Of a stretch of 64,000 bases of DNA, positions 1 to 11,014 are shown one piece after another. Under the pieces are notes generated by a model, which made no database searches, was not told where the DNA came from, and was given only the letters and a program-made list of their open reading frames with translations. Both the position numbers and the translations under genes were made by a program. Position 1 is the stretch's first letter. Each line of letters opens with the position of its first letter. The stretch comes from Albugo candida (taxonomy: Eukaryota), in the NCBI GenBank assembly GCA_040437565.1, contig JBDOQK010000083.1:1-64000 (forward strand). Direction: 5' to 3'.

Positions 1-7
1 GCCTCGG

Positions 8-62
<55 letters not shown>

Positions 63-73
63 GGGTCGCGGCA
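1..73 (+). tRNA. tRNA-Phe (GAA)
   Basis: Cloverleaf: D arm GCTC-AGTTGGGA-GAGC, anticodon arm TCAGA-CTGAAGA-TCTGA, TTCGATC T-loop; acceptor stem has one U4:C69 mismatch; T5 run at 91-95 could terminate Pol III. Confidence 0.95.
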
Positions 74-95
74 ATTTATCGTCTGCTCCGTTTTT

Positions 96-138
96 CTTGC
101 CTACCCGGTAATATTCCTATATCTACCGGGTAGGCAAG
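96..138. repeat. Perfect 15-bp inverted repeat (hairpin) downstream of tRNA-Phe
   Basis: CTTGCCTACCCGGTA (96-110) is the exact reverse complement of TACCGGGTAGGCAAG (124-138); 13-nt loop. Confidence 0.9.
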
Positions 139-574
139 CAGTCATTATGATTTTCGTTGTCTTATCCTGCAATTGTGTGAAGGGTGAGTCCACTTGTGTA
201 AATAAGTATGGCAATCGCTTCAACCTGGTATTTTGAGTCAGTAAGCAGCAGAGAGTCCTTCACATTGTCACCAGATATTAAATATCTTCATTCTCACGTT
301 TTTTTTTTGTGGGATATGCGCATATCTTTAGGTCATCGGCGTTAACATTTGTATATTTTATAGCAAGAAGCTATGATGAGCTGTATCTACTAATGATATC
401 TCTGTCAGTAGTTCCACCCGTCAACCGTCAGAAAAGGTAATGACTGCTCGCTGTGTCGTTATACAGAAACTTTGTTCAGACTTTAAGTAACGTATTGAAA
501 CAGTTCTAATTTCTACTTTTAACTCTGTCTTATCAATCAATCAAAATCAAGTACCGCTATTCTTTCTATAATAA

Positions 575-3500
575 ATGTCGACAAGCGACACAACACATCA
601 CATAACCTCATCCTATAAACTGTTTCCTCCTTTTCCCTTCAGCGACGCATCCTCACACACTCACAAAGTTGAGGACATCAATTACATTGCCTCCAACGAC
701 ATCAAAGGTCCTCAATTTGATCTAACGATAGGTATCATGCTGTCCCCAAAAGCCGACGAAGACACCCACGAAATGCAGATGGAAGATACAACTTCTCACT
801 CCGAAAATCCACTCAATAGACGTGCAATTGCACAAAAGCCATTTGTTCCAACAACGACAACCATAGTATCTGAGTACTCGTCAGTAATGAGGAGAAAAGA
901 TTCAGGGCGCTCTCCTCATTTTTACGACGCGATGAGTACTCCTGGAGACACAGGCAATGGAATTGGGACACCACGCACCCAAATTGTGACTGAAGTAGCG
1001 ACTCCTTTTGGGATGTTGATGCCCAAGCCTGAGTGTACGACCAATACAAAACAATGTCCAATGCTGGACTCACTCGTCCGATCTCATATTTCCATTCAGG
1101 AGACTCAGAAGTATACATTTGCGGTCGTATTGAAGACACAGAATCAGGTCGTCTCACTTGTAAGACAACGATCTAAAGATGGAGCTTCTATTGGACTCAA
1201 CTTGACCAGTCAGATTGCCAAGCTTCAGGAAAAATGTGTACGTCGACTCGTGCAAGCAGGTCTCGGAGTTTGTATCTTGGACAATGATACACCCGTTGAT
1301 GAAAAGCACGCAGAGATCAAGCAGAATAGTCGTAATTTGTGTATTCTGATCAATCCGAAGAAAGACCCTGAGCTGCTCATCCACGAATTCAAACGAGAAA
1401 TTGATGAGATTTCAATCAAACAAGGAGAAGCGATCGATCGGATAGGCGAAGAATCGCTCGATACTATCAAAGGAATGTGTTTTTCTCCCGCATTGGAACT
1501 CCAATTGACACAAAACATTATTCAAAATGCATTTCGAGACTACGATATCGAAGACTGGGTGGTTTCTTGTGACAATTTATTGACAGTTCGTGACATGGTG
1601 CAAGACTGCTTCCCTCTACACGATCGAAAATTCAATCGTGCATTCTTCCACGAGTATCAGAAACAGACGCTGGTATTTGGAGTGAGAAACACTACAAGAG
1701 ACAATCAGCATCGTTGGGCAGTTGAAGAGCTTCGGCTTCATTTTGGCGAGCGGGTTGCTTTCTTATTTGCTTTCATGCACATTTACACAAAACTGCTAAT
1801 GCCGTTGATGCTTATCACTTGTGGTTACTATCTGTCGATGCGATTTTTACACGGATACGTATGGCGAACGTATTTGCGCGGTCTCGCAATCATTGGTATT
1901 TGTGTGTCGTGTGTGTGGGCACCGACGTTTCTTTTGTGTTGGGAACGTGAAACGTGTCTTCTCGTTGAGAAATGGAATCTCACGCGATACAAAAATACTG
2001 TTTTTGAGAAAAATGATTCAAATCCATCGTTTCAATACATTTGGAAGCGGAATGCGATTACGAATGAGATGGAAAAAGTGCCTAAAAAGCGAAATGTATA
2101 TCTTATTCAAGTGACTATGCTCTTGTACGTTGGATTTAGTGCCATCATTCAATGCATTTGCCTTCTTCCATTCATACAGTGGTACGTGTACGCAAAGCAG
2201 GCGCCAACGTGCTCGGCATGTCATTCCTCCAACAATCACTCTTACCCGTGTATTTGGTTCATGACGTGCTTTACAGCCGAATCTTCACGGCTCGGCACCG
2301 ATCGGTGGATGTACATTTTATCGCAAGGAGTCATTTTGGGGCTTTTGATTGATATTTTCTTTTTCGAATTATTTAATTGGATTTCCGAAAAGTTTGTGCA
2401 ATGGGAAAATTGTGTGAAAAAATCAGAATACGAAAATCGTTTGATTCATCGGCGCTTTGTTTTCGTATGGAGCAATTGGTTTTTCTGGTTCCTTTTCCTT
2501 GCGTTTGTGTACCTTCCTTTCGGTAAGGAGTTTATGATGGCGTTGAAGAAGTCTCCATTGCAGTGGCTTGCGCCTTACGACTTTGATCCGACTTTCTTGA
2601 CGCTTGACACGTTATTTGTGACTCCGCTGGTAGTAACTCAGCTACTTAACATGTTACTGGAAACGATCGTGCCGTATCTCGTTCGAAAGTGGCGCGGGAA
2701 GCCGATTTTCTACAAGAAGAGTTTGCTGCTTACGACGTGTATTTTTCTGCGAAGTATAGCGAATCGATGGAAGCGATCGGCAGACGAGGACAATCCCGTC
2801 GAAACGGATGGAAATAGATACAAGTGCATAGTGCTTAGCGCTAAACGATTAGTAGCGGCTGTGAAGCAGAAGACGAATTTTCAAGTGGCAGTGTTAATGA
2901 AATCGGATGATTGCAATCAGTATACAGCACATGAGATTATTGCCGAATCAAAATTGCCAGTGTTTGAACCGGTATACGACTATTTGGATGCGTGTATACA
3001 ATTCTCTTATGTTGTGATGTTTACTGTTGTGTGGCCTTTGCTCCCTCTCCCAGCTTTTATAAACAATCTTCTCGAAGTGCGTGGTGATGCATTCCGCCTT
3101 TTATTCGCGCATCGTCGCCCAATGCCGCGGAGAGATACGTCGATTGGAGAATGGACCACAGTCTTATCGTATGCGAACAATATCGGTATTGCTGTGGTCG
3201 CCGCTCTCATCGTCATATATCATTTAGGGTACATTCTCACTTTGTGTGACTTCACATTTTCGGATGGTCACGTAGTCCCATTCAGTACAATCAATCAGAC
3301 ACTTGTTTCGGATCCCGTAGCGTGTCAGAGGCAGATTGGTGCTATGGAGGAGTACGCTATTGTGAATCAGATTGTTCTGTTTGTTGTTTTGGAGCATATT
3401 GGATTTTGTATCAAGTATTTGATTTTACAACTGGAGAAAAAACCTTTTCAAATACGAAATGCCGCCTATCAGCGTCTCAAACAAATTCAAGATCTTACTG

Positions 3501-3931
3501 GGAAACAAAGTGCCAAAACAGCCCAATTTAAGTATATTTGTGCATTAAAGCGATTGTACGAAAAACACGATCCTGAAAACGTTTGTTATTTGGGAGAGGT
3601 GGAACTGATCGAGTTTCTTGCCGATTGGCTGTGTAAGCATCCTTCGGACTTGCAGCCGTCTTCCAGTATCATCTTTCGCTATATGGACAAGGCCGGGATT
3701 GGAGGGATTCCGTTCGCTACGTGTTGTCTCATGCTCCAGCACGTGCAACACGATCGATTCTTCTCGTGTTTGTTGGGGATATATGATTCATGCAACTCTC
3801 AGTGGATTGAGACAATAAAAGGCACAACAGACGCGCTTGAATTTAGAGAGACAATGAACCGAATGTCAGCATGTCGTGAGAGCAGCGGTACGCTGTCTCG
3901 AGACTCGTCCTTCTTCCCAGTGACTCCGTAA
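575..3931 (+). CDS. Anoctamin/TMEM16-family Ca2+-activated channel/scramblase with C-terminal EF-hand-like pair
   Basis: 1118-aa intronless ORF; motifs 'LRLHFGERVAFLFAF', 'DYLDACIQFSYVVMF..PLLPLPAFINNLLEVRGDAFRL..RRPMPRRDTSIGEW', 'LEHI'; multiple TM segments. Confidence 0.9.
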   Translation: MSTSDTTHHITSSYKLFPPFPFSDASSHTHKVEDINYIASNDIKGPQFDLTIGIMLSPKADEDTHEMQMEDTTSHSENPLNRRAIAQKPFVPTTTTIVSEYSSVMRRKDSGRSPHFYDAMSTPGDTGNGIGTPRTQIVTEVATPFGMLMPKPECTTNTKQCPMLDSLVRSHISIQETQKYTFAVVLKTQNQVVSLVRQRSKDGASIGLNLTSQIAKLQEKCVRRLVQAGLGVCILDNDTPVDEKHAEIKQNSRNLCILINPKKDPELLIHEFKREIDEISIKQGEAIDRIGEESLDTIKGMCFSPALELQLTQNIIQNAFRDYDIEDWVVSCDNLLTVRDMVQDCFPLHDRKFNRAFFHEYQKQTLVFGVRNTTRDNQHRWAVEELRLHFGERVAFLFAFMHIYTKLLMPLMLITCGYYLSMRFLHGYVWRTYLRGLAIIGICVSCVWAPTFLLCWERETCLLVEKWNLTRYKNTVFEKNDSNPSFQYIWKRNAITNEMEKVPKKRNVYLIQVTMLLYVGFSAIIQCICLLPFIQWYVYAKQAPTCSACHSSNNHSYPCIWFMTCFTAESSRLGTDRWMYILSQGVILGLLIDIFFFELFNWISEKFVQWENCVKKSEYENRLIHRRFVFVWSNWFFWFLFLAFVYLPFGKEFMMALKKSPLQWLAPYDFDPTFLTLDTLFVTPLVVTQLLNMLLETIVPYLVRKWRGKPIFYKKSLLLTTCIFLRSIANRWKRSADEDNPVETDGNRYKCIVLSAKRLVAAVKQKTNFQVAVLMKSDDCNQYTAHEIIAESKLPVFEPVYDYLDACIQFSYVVMFTVVWPLLPLPAFINNLLEVRGDAFRLLFAHRRPMPRRDTSIGEWTTVLSYANNIGIAVVAALIVIYHLGYILTLCDFTFSDGHVVPFSTINQTLVSDPVACQRQIGAMEEYAIVNQIVLFVVLEHIGFCIKYLILQLEKKPFQIRNAAYQRLKQIQDLTGKQSAKTAQFKYICALKRLYEKHDPENVCYLGEVELIEFLADWLCKHPSDLQPSSSIIFRYMDKAGIGGIPFATCCLMLQHVQHDRFFSCLLGIYDSCNSQWIETIKGTTDALEFRETMNRMSACRESSGTLSRDSSFFPVTP

Positions 3932-4113
3932 TGCTGTCGCATTCATTCTGACCAACCGGCGTGTGAAGTTGTCTTGCAAGCTCAGTCCCATAGTTTACCT
4001 TAGTCTCAACTTCAACTGTAGCGTCCATCAAAAAGAGAAACGTTTCAGGAAAGAAGCACAGATCTTATTTTTCATACAAGTGAAAGGATTGAAAATTGAT
4101 ACAAATTGGTACA

Positions 4114-4278
4114 ATGTCGGGTCGTCAATCTTCAGCGAATAATCGATCAAATCAATTGAATCCAAACAACTCTGAATATCGGGGATCAGGGTCCAGAGAA
4201 TACTCTCAAAGTGAGAGAAACAACTATTCGCGACAAGTGAACCCAAATGATTCGACGTATGCGAAATCGCGTGGATGA
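4114..4278 (+). CDS. Putative 54-aa micro-protein with two NNxSxQ(L/V)NPN..Y repeats
   Basis: ATG at 4114; internal repeat ANNRSNQLNPNNSEY / RNNYSRQVNPNDSTY. Confidence 0.5.
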   Translation: MSGRQSSANNRSNQLNPNNSEYRGSGSREYSQSERNNYSRQVNPNDSTYAKSRG

Positions 4279-4891
4279 GTGAGTCAGAAAACAGTCTGTA
4301 ACTCGTAAATATATGTTATTCCGTAGCGAAATGTCTCTGCGTTCAATGTTTGTCGTGTTAAGAGTTGTTGTCAACACAAAACCTGACTGCAAATTCACTA
4401 TCCCCACGCGTGTGTGAGACTGTAATTGAGAATCAGTACATTGTCGATGCTGAAGCACTATTCATTGATTGCATCAGCGTACGTGTTACAAGCAGTTGGA
4501 AACGTGTACCTTTGCCAAATCGAAAAGAAGCTGATCCGGAGCAGGCGCAAACGCTCTGTTACAATACAAAAACTACATAATGTTAGTCACTTACAAACAT
4601 TCTGAAAAAAACATACCAATGCGTCGGAATCTCTTAATTGAAGCTGTTTGCGCAGAAAATCATAAACCTGCAGAAACGTTAGCAGTTCACTACACGTTAT
4701 AACGAACGCAACATACAACGCTCAATGTGTCATTCGCATTGATAGTAAACTTTGTCTTTTGAAGGAGAGGCGCATTTCCAACAGCCACAAACTGCAACGT
4801 CACTGAAAAACGTCAGTCTTTATCCGTTTACAACACACTTGTCCACCTTTGGCGTTGTCTGCGCTCATCTTCCGCCACGTTTCGCACCTTT

Positions 4892-5733
4892 TTATAGCGA
4901 TGTCTCAAGGGCCTGCGCAAAACGCTGAAGCTGTGTATTTCGTAGACGCAGTGCTCGAACGTGTATTTGATGCTTTTTAGCTCTTTTCTCCGCAGATTGC
5001 GTCATTTCCAATTCGAGAAACTAAACTCTCAAATTACATTTCTATCCAGTTCTGCGAGTGGAACGTACCTTTAAACGGCGAACGTACTTATCTTTCGTTT
5101 CTGTCAGTCTTTCCTTTTCAGACCTCAATGCCGACGGACTATCCGGCTCCCAGTCGGTCGTAAATGGCGCGTGGAGACTGTCATGATACAATGTCTGATA
5201 CATCGACATTTTCATGCGCATCTCATCTCGCACACGAAGCAATAAAAGTCCCTGTTCGGAGCACTGACAGGCTACTTGTCGAATCATCTCATCTAACAGA
5301 GTGAATGTTTTGTCACTAAAAGACATCAAAACGCACCAAACGCTTGCAAAAATAACTTTTCCCGAATCGAACAAATGGGACGCCAACGAGCTTGCTGCGT
5401 CACGAGGAGCCTGTCGAGCAACTGATGGTATCGAATCACACCTTGTCTGGATACCAGTTCACGTGAGACCAATCTCTGCCACTTTTCCCACGGCCTTTCA
5501 CTTGTCATCCACGTCCTACAAGCAATCTCAGTAATCGTCGGATAATTGCATACCCCGTACTTTGGAGGTAAGAGCGCATTTATAATCTCTCGGGGAATAT
5601 CACTTGGACCCACCACCTCATTCTCCCTTCTTTCCGCATCCTTTTGCTCCTCGCATTTGATTGCGACTTCCGCGTCGCAGTATGTAAAATCATAAAACGC
5701 CTTCAGATCGCATTTACTTCCGTCCGCGTCCAT
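4892..5733 (-). CDS. Axonemal dynein light intermediate chain p28-like (spliced)
   Basis: Joined exons give 'IINALLPP..W..VSRE..LLDRLL..QQARWRPICSIREKLFLQAF|DEMIRQV..CSEQGLLLLRVRDEMRM..YQTLYHDS' and a C-terminal coiled coil ending ALETSL*; matches the p28/DNALI1 pattern. Confidence 0.8.
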
Positions 5734-5804
5734 GAGTCAGCAGCGATATAAATAGAAAATCGACAAAATCGACAAAATACATTCATTCATTCAATCACAT
5801 CAAA

Positions 5805-7724
5805 TTACTTGACGGAACATTTACTTCGGAATTGAGGAGTGAGAACATCTTCAGTTTCGTCAGTTGACACTTTGTGTTTGGGAGGTTTCATGGGCGCAGT
5901 GGGCTGTCGTTGCGGCAACAATCCCTTCAGCTTTTCCTCATTCAAAATTTTTACTTTCATACGCAATCGACTTCCAAAATCCTCATCAACTTTGTCCATA
6001 TGTCCCAACATTCTCGACTGCACTTCCATGCTCGCGTTTGTCAACGCCCCAGCGATATTGGAAGTGAGTCTGTTTCTCGCGTCATCGTCCAACACCTTTT
6101 GGTAAAAGACCCGCGCTTGGGAGTAATTATCGTCTTCAGCAGTCTCATATTTATCGACCACGCTGAAATTCCCGCTATACGCTTGGACTCGTTCTGTTTG
6201 TGATTCTTGAGGGCCATTAAGGCTATTGGGATAATGCCCTACCTGATTGTAGTGATTCCCATCCACACGAAGCACTCCGTCGATCTGGTAATTATTGATA
6301 TCCACAAGCGGTTGATTTACTGGAATCTGATGCATATTTGCTCCAATTCGATGGTACTGCGTATCAGTGTATGAGAACAATCTCCCTTGAAGCACCTTGT
6401 CGGTTGACGCGCCAATACCCGGGACAAAACGTGCGGGAGAAAATGCCATTTGCTCCACTTCAGCGAAATAATTGATCGGATTTCGATTGAAAACTAATCG
6501 ACCGACTTCAATCAGTGGGAATTCTTTGTGTGGCCACACTTTTGTCACATCGAAGGGATCAAATGTCTGTTCAGCGACTTGTCCGGGTTTCATCACTTGT
6601 ATGTACAACGTCCATGTTGGATAATTTTTCGACGCAATGGCTTCGAATAGATCGCGTAACGCGTAGTCAGCATCAAGCCCTCCAATTCGCTGAGCTTCTT
6701 CATCGGTCAAATTACGAATTCCTTGGTCGGATTTGTAGTGATATTTTACGTACACGAGCTCTCCATTGGCATTCACGTTGGTGAACGTATTACTTCCAAA
6801 TCCGTCCATGTAACGNNNNNNNNNNNNNNNNNNNNNNNNNNNNNNNNNNNNNNNNNNNNNNNNNNNNNNNNNNNNNNNNNNNNNNNNNNNNNNNNNNNNN
6901 NNNNNNNNNNNNNNNATTTTTCGACGCAATGGCTTCGAATAGATCGCGTAACGCGTAGTCAGCATCAAGCCCTCCAATTCGCTGAGCTTCTTCATCGGTC
7001 AAATTACGAATTCCTTGGTCGGATTTGTAGTGATATTTTACGTACACGAGCTCTCCATTGGCATTCACGTTGGTGAACGTATTACTTCCAAATCCGTCCA
7101 TGTAACGATATCCATCGGGGATACCACGGTCCGAGAAGAGCCATAAGACTTGATGAATCGATTCCGGGCGTAAAGAAAAAAAGTCCCAAACGAGGTTGTT
7201 GTCCCTCAAATGGGTCTGTGGGTTCCTCTTGAGCACATGGAATAGAGACGGGAAGAGAATTGGGTCGCGGATGAAAAAAATCGGCGTATTGTTGCCGACA
7301 AGATTCCAATTGCCCTGGAAATCGAGTGAGACGTTTGCGTCACATTCACGTCACATACCTCTTCGGTGTAGAATTTGAGCGCCATTCCCCGAACATCACG
7401 AACGCTGTCGGGACTACCGGATTCCAAAGTCGCCTGAGAGAATCTCACGGCCAATGGTGTTCGTTTTCCGACATGAGAAAATAATTTCGCCTTGCAATAT
7501 TTTGTGATTTCAGAACTTGTGACTTCAAAATACCCAAACGCTCCGGCTCCTTTAGCGTGGACCACACGTTCAGGCACACGTTCTCGATCGAAATGCGATA
7601 AATGATCGTAAAAAGCGAAATCTTCGAGTAAAATGGGGCCGTGCGGTCCTGCAGTCAGTGATGCGGTGAGTCCATGACGTGGTATGGGTGCTCCGTGTGG
7701 GAATGTTGCAACAGGGGCTTTCAT
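5805..7724 (-). CDS. CAT: Monofunctional heme catalase (one intron near 7315-7358; interrupted by gap with duplicated segment)
   Basis: Active site '[22 protein letters not shown]', heme ligand '[11 protein letters not shown]', '[13 protein letters not shown]'; start may lie further upstream. Confidence 0.95.
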
Positions 7725-8423
7725 TCTTGCGTTTGGAAGAAGGAAAAATGACTACTTGTTGTATTGGCGTGACATTTTGATAGAAAGGAACGCATGCATA
7801 GTCTCAATTGTCGCAGAGAATGGCATTACGTGCCTGCAGTTTCTCATAAGCGATATCAACCGTCTAACGACTATGTAGTGAATGCAAGCGCAAAGTAATT
7901 ATACCCTAAAGAACAAATATACCTTTTGAAATGAGTACTTTACCGGAATTATGACGTATTGAAAGCGAATGTCCGACAGTCCACAGGTTCCATTTTCATT
8001 CCATTAAAACGCGTTGATGAGTATCAGATGCGTATGAATAGAATCACCCACGATGCGCTGTGACGTATGAAGTAGTTATCGTTTTATCGGCTTCTTTATC
8101 ATAAGATGAGATCAGAAGCCGTTCTCTGTAAGTGCATAAGTAAGGCGTTTTTTTACAGCAGTAACACCTATACGACAAAAAGAAGCTACGTTTTTTATAA
8201 CACTTTTTGATAGAAAACAAATTCTCTGCACTTGTCGTATGTACGTGTTGCAACGTGCAGCACGAACAGCGATACATAAACTTGCGAAAGGAAAAACGCT
8301 TGACAATTTATAAACTGATAAATATTATTAATCAATCAATCTGCGTCATCGTGGACATTTTAACACGCTGCCGTGGAAGCAAAAGCGTGTCATTCATTTT
8401 GTCGCAAGTCGACGACTCTCCTC

Positions 8424-9888
8424 ATGAACACACACAGGAGCGATGAGGAGATGTCCGATATACCCATTGTCAACGTCAAAGTAGAAGATCCATCGCTTTC
8501 CTGCAAGAAAACATCACCGATTCGCAGCCCAAAAAAAGAAGAAATTTCCGATGGGAAGTGCGAAATCAGCGGAAATAGCTCCTTGCAGTCGAGAAACGTA
8601 CACAATAACAGGAAGGATACGCTCGGCTGGATAGGCGATGATTTTCTTGGAATGATTTCACACACACCGCCCGCATTTTCGCCGGGAAGCTTGACCATGC
8701 CAATGACAAAGCGCGGAAGGAGCGGAAGTATCTCAAGTCGATTGCTGAGCGCGTCGGATTTGGAAGGAAAAGGATTAATCGATACCAAGCAGAAAGGTGT
8801 GATGAAGGTACGAGTTTGTATTGAGGCTGCTTGATGCAACATTACTGACCGAATAAACTGCAGGATTTAATTATTAGTGGCGATGAAGCATTACAGAAAG
8901 CATTAGAAAAGTTTGATGCTGGCGATACGACATCGCTGGAAGCTTTATTGGACAGCGGCAGATTGAATAGAAGAACTTCATCAGTTGACATATTGGACGA
9001 TTTGGATTTAGGTTTCTTAAATGTTGGTTCATTAGGCGACACACCCAAACATGAGGTACTGTTCTTACTTTCGAGTCACATTCCCGCTAAATGATGTTGT
9101 AGGATCAATTCCCACCGACAACACGGAATCAGACATTGGATGATTGGGACGAACTTGGAATTTTTGAACCATCCTTCACCGACGCATCCTCCCGCGATCT
9201 TATGGAAGGAGATTTCTATGGCTCGTCTTTAGGAGCGTCGTTATCCAATTCACTTCCGTCTTTGGGCCTCGGAATCACACCACCAGCGGTTTTTGGGCTA
9301 GGAGAAGAATTTTTAGACTCGCATTCCAACAGTAAGAAGAAAATAGAAAAAGAAGAGCGATTGCAAGAAAGCAAGGAGCAGCATAGGAAGCGTCCACAAT
9401 CCGGTTCCAAGTCGGTTCTGAAACATGGAGATACAACTTTAGCAAGCGCTATGGGAAATTCGTTAGCGTCAATGAGTTTGGCAAATAGCGCGAACAATAA
9501 ACCATCAAGTTCCAGACCCATTGGCATCCCAGGTACATCCGGTGGCTCATCTGCACGCACACATTACGCCGAGAATTCGATCGCTGCGGCCGGTGCAGTT
9601 CCGCATGCAAATCATAACACAGTTTGTAACGGTATAACATCTGTTAACGTTACAGGGGTGCGAAATAACGATACAAACAAAGAGCAGCGATTTGTGGGCG
9701 CGTATTCGCCGGAATCGAGACAGAAACGGATTCAGAACTTTTTAGACAAGCGACAGAAACGTGTTTGGAGAAAGGAGGTGAAATATGACGTGCGAAAAAA
9801 TTTTGCAGACTCGCGATTGCGTGTCAAAGGTCGTTTTGTGAAGAAAGAAGATGAACAGCTATTACGTGAATTGATGAGCTTTACTTAA
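8424..9888 (+). CDS. CCT-domain protein (3 exons; introns about 8808-8863 and 9056-9102)
   Basis: C-terminal 'GAYSPESRQKRIQNFLDKRQKRVWRKEVKYDVRKNFADSRLRVKGRFVK' is a CCT motif; GT-AG introns join the ORFs in frame. Confidence 0.85.
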
Positions 9889-10062
9889 TTGGCGAATTTA
9901 GTGTGAATACAATACTTTTTCATTTTCGTAAGGACCTCTATAGAATTATGTCGAGCTACTGCTGGTATCTACTATACGTATCCTGTTCAATATGATATAT
10001 TAACCTTGTCACATGAACGGATGGGCTCCCAATTCACTGTGTAACTTTATTCAAGGAGCTCG

Positions 10063-10920
10063 TCAAGTCAACGTCTCGAATGCATTCTCCAGTATCCTTT
10101 GTAATGAACGCAACGACTCCATTTTTCCTGCGGCAAATTGACTTTCTTCTTGACATTTTTCCAATTGCTTCTTGGTGTATAACTCGGGATTGGTGTCGGT
10201 TTCGGCATCAAGCATTCTAAAAACATCAGAGTCAGATGAGACTTTTTGGAATCAGATGAGGACGTACTCTAGGACTTCTACCGGTATTTCGACATCATAT
10301 TTGCTTGCAGCAGCATCGACTTGTTTCAATAAATCGATGTATTCATTTGCCTTCCCGCACAGAAAATCTAATTGGTTCGGCTTAAAGTCTTCCACAATCA
10401 AAATCATTTTATCCAATGTTTGAATAGTAGACATCAACGAATCCACCAATTCTACTGGTAGATGATCCATCCCATCAGACGAACAAAGCACCCTATTGGA
10501 CGAATTATTATTGCCTTGTACTGTACTATCTCCTGCCGCTTTGCTTTTCTGGCCGCTTTCTTGTATTGGAATCAGTTGCGGCTTTCGAGCGATCCCACTC
10601 AAACGACCGGAACTTGTGCTTGTCAGAGGGGTTTTCGGATTATTTGGCGAGCTCAGCGGTGTAAAGGGAGCTAAATAGGGGCTCGCGCTGACCTGTGCGT
10701 GCCGCTCTTGCTCCGTATCAGCTCCCGATAAAGCTGATTGCGACGGAGCGATCTCACTCATATTTCCCTCTACAAGTTCCAGAGAAGGATTGATTTCAAG
10801 CGTACCCATTTCAGCATCTTCCTCATTATCCTCCTCAATCGAAGGACCCTGTAAATCGCTAAAAAAATGCTGTTTCTCTTCGCCAATTTCCATCATTTCT
10901 TTCTCTTCTTCCATATTCAT
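10063..10920 (-). CDS. MED10: Mediator subunit 10-like with long acidic/low-complexity N-terminus (2 exons)
   Basis: 'LIVEDFKP..L..KANEYIDLLKQVD..DVEIPVEVLE|MLD..NPELYTKKQLEKCQEESQFAAGKMESLRSL' resembles Med10/Nut2. Confidence 0.7.
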
Positions 10921-11014
10921 AAAAATAAAAACAACCAATCACAATCGAGAGATAATATAATTCACAATTTAATTGGTTATATACACTACGAAGCAATAAA
11001 GCATACATTCTGTT

